In this document: piece after piece, positions 59,048 through 60,537 of the stretch | Layout: each line of letters opens with the position of its first letter | How positions within the stretch are numbered: the first letter of the stretch is position 1 | NCBI GenBank assembly: GCA_045124835.1 | Contig: JBGVMO010000124.1 | Span: 1-60,537, forward strand | DNA from: Eubacteriales bacterium | GTDB lineage: Bacteria > Bacillota > Clostridia > Oscillospirales > CAG-272 | Direction of reading: 5' to 3' | Length of the DNA: 60,537 nt | Translations under genes and position numbers: made by a program | The notes under the pieces: model-generated | What the model saw: only the letters and a program-made list of their open reading frames with translations | Told to the model about the DNA's origin: nothing | Databases searched by the model: none

Positions 59048-60537
59048 GCGATAGGCTCAAAATCGGCAGCGCCGTGCTTGCAAAGGGGGCAAACGATATC
59101 CTCGGGAAGCTCGTCTCCCTCGTATACGTAGCCGCAAATCTTACAAACGAAGCCGCGCTTACCCTCGGTTTCGGGCTTGGGCTTAACGTTTTCCTGATAA
59201 TAGGTGTAGGTCATCGTGTCAAGGTCGGAAATCACGCGCGACTCGGAAACGGTGCAGATAAACATACCGTGCGTGCCCAAATCCACGTAGCTTTCCACCT
59301 CCAAGGACATAAAGGCGTTAATATAACGGGAGAGGAAAACAAGGCCGTTGTCCGAGCGCAAGGGCGTTTCTCCCTTGAATTTGTCAACGCTTCTGCCGCT
59401 CTGGAAGCCGAAGGTTTCAAAAACGGAGAAGGGCGCGTCAACGGACAGGCAGTTCACGTTCATTTTCTTGGTTTGCAGAATGACGTGATGGGAATAGTTA
59501 TCCTTATTGATGGTAACGGCAATGCGGTTGGGCGTGTTGGTTACCTGCGTCACGGTATTGACGATAAGGCCGTTGTCGCGCTTGCCATCGTTGGAGGTCA
59601 CAACGTAAAGTCCGTAACCAATCTTGAAAAGGGCGGTCAAATCGTTCTTGTTGGCGGTTGCATCCTGCTGTGCCAGATAATTGCGGCAAAGCTCGTCTGC
59701 CAGCTCGTCGAGCTGCTTCGTGGAGCCTTCGCTCAGCGCCGATTTGATGGTAACGGTGGGGGACAGCTCTATCAGGTTCTTGGAGTCTTCAAGCATTCCC
59801 TTCATGATTTTGGCGGCCAAGGGCGACCAAGAGCCGTTTTCGATAAAGGCCACCGTTCTGTTCTGGTAGCCGCGCTCGGTCAAATGCTCGATAAAGTGGC
59901 GCATATGCGGAAAAATGTCTGCGTTGTAGGTGGTGGTGGCAAGCACCAGCTTGCTGTAACGGAAGGCCTTGGCAACGGCAGAGGAAATGGGCTCTCTTGC
60001 CAAATCGCAAAGCACAACGTCGGCACAGCCGCGGCCTCTGCATTTATCTGCAAGGGCCTCTGCCGCGCGGCGCGTATTGCCGTAAATGGAGGTATAAGCA
60101 ATCATAATGCCGTCGGTTTCGGGCTGATACGAGGACCAAACGTTGTAGTAGTGCAGGTAATACGCAAGATTTTCCTTCAGAACGGGGCCGTGCAGGGGGC
60201 AAATCATAGAAATATCCAAGGCACTTGCCTTTTTAAGCAGGGCTTGCACCTGTGCGCCGTACTTGCCAACGATGCCGATATAATAGCGGCGCGCCTCGCC
60301 AAGCCAGTCTTCCTCGCGGTCAAGTGCGCCGAATTTGCCGAAGCCGTCTGCGGAAAAGAGAACCTTGTCGGTGGTGTCATAGGTCACCATAACCTCAGGC
60401 CAATGCACCATGGGCGCATACACGAAGAAAAGGGTGTGGCTACCGAGAGAAAGCGTGCTACCGTTTTCAGCCACGATGCGCGCAGGCGAGAAGGCCGTTC
60501 CGAAAAATTGCTCCATCATCGTGAAGGCCTTGGCCGT
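59044..60537 (-). CDS. multidomain flavodiiron protein (diiron/MBL-like + flavodoxin + flavin-reductase-like + rubredoxin), N-terminus beyond the right edge
   Basis: The frame is open to base 60537. It has the MBL-like tail APMVHWPEVMVTYD...LFSADGFGKFG, a flavodoxin region IMIAYTSIYGNTRRAAE and a flavin-reductase-like region GLYVVTSNDGKRDNGLIVNTV. The C-terminal rubredoxin is FVCKICGYVYEG...CPLCKH. Confidence 0.85.
   Translation of the reverse strand, partial: TAKAFTMMEQFFGTAFSPARIVAENGSTLSLGSHTLFFVYAPMVHWPEVMVTYDTTDKVLFSADGFGKFGALDREEDWLGEARRYYIGIVGKYGAQVQALLKKASALDISMICPLHGPVLKENLAYYLHYYNVWSSYQPETDGIMIAYTSIYGNTRRAAEALADKCRGRGCADVVLCDLAREPISSAVAKAFRYSKLVLATTTYNADIFPHMRHFIEHLTERGYQNRTVAFIENGSWSPLAAKIMKGMLEDSKNLIELSPTVTIKSALSEGSTKQLDELADELCRNYLAQQDATANKNDLTALFKIGYGLYVVTSNDGKRDNGLIVNTVTQVTNTPNRIAVTINKDNYSHHVILQTKKMNVNCLSVDAPFSVFETFGFQSGRSVDKFKGETPLRSDNGLVFLSRYINAFMSLEVESYVDLGTHGMFICTVSESRVISDLDTMTYTYYQENVKPKPETEGKRGFVCKICGYVYEGDELPEDIVCPLCKHGAADFEPIA

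Noticed and set aside
1-60537. rRNA, tRNA, CRISPR arrays, IS elements and transposases
   Set aside because: I found no regularly spaced repeats, no cloverleaf-like segments in intergenic regions, and no transposase- or integrase-like translation in any long ORF.

Overview
All family assignments below come from reading translations and recalling motifs, with no searches run. The window looks like chromosome from an anaerobic Firmicute, probably a Clostridia or Oscillospiraceae-type gut organism. GC appears mid-50s% by eye. Supporting signs are AAAGGAG-type RBSs, several TTGACA-17-TATAAT-like promoters and the gene content: FakA/DegV-PlsX, NfnAB, class III RNR, split MetH and type-2 GalT. I support about 56 protein genes and found no rRNA, tRNA or CRISPR.

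Layout:
- 1-4.1 kb (minus): fakA-like, DegV, a GNAT-fold gene and plsX.
- 4.4-9.2 kb (plus): TetR regulator, a TM/Rossmann/RyR-domain protein and a 715-aa unknown.
- 9.3-10.2 kb: AT-richer islet with divergent XRE regulator and SLOG/DUF1273 genes.
- 10.4-29.1 kb (plus): housekeeping genes typA, rlmH, metF, MetH-activation ORF, metH, nfnAB-like, ABC exporter, HAD, galT, CPBP protease, nrdG, nrdD and trxB. nrdD carries a C-terminal thioredoxin-fold extension.
- 29.1-44.0 kb (minus): one tightly coupled operon of phage virion genes in the order TerS, TerL, portal, scaffold, major capsid, adaptor-sized ORF, 971-aa LRR protein, fibre-like ORFs, XkdX micro-ORF and membrane proteins. It has no integrase, replication, repressor, tail tube, tape measure or recognisable endolysin, and core genes flank it. 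This is my top candidate for something new: a domesticated, GTA-like, short-tailed particle locus, or alternatively a stripped prophage remnant.
- 44.2-49.2 kb: DUF554, pgsA, rimO, a membrane protein, a cysteine-string J-domain protein and DUF5685.
- 49.3-56.9 kb: galactofuranose-type polysaccharide locus.
- 57.3-60.5 kb: translationally coupled multidomain flavodiiron protein, TPR and DUF4037 genes.
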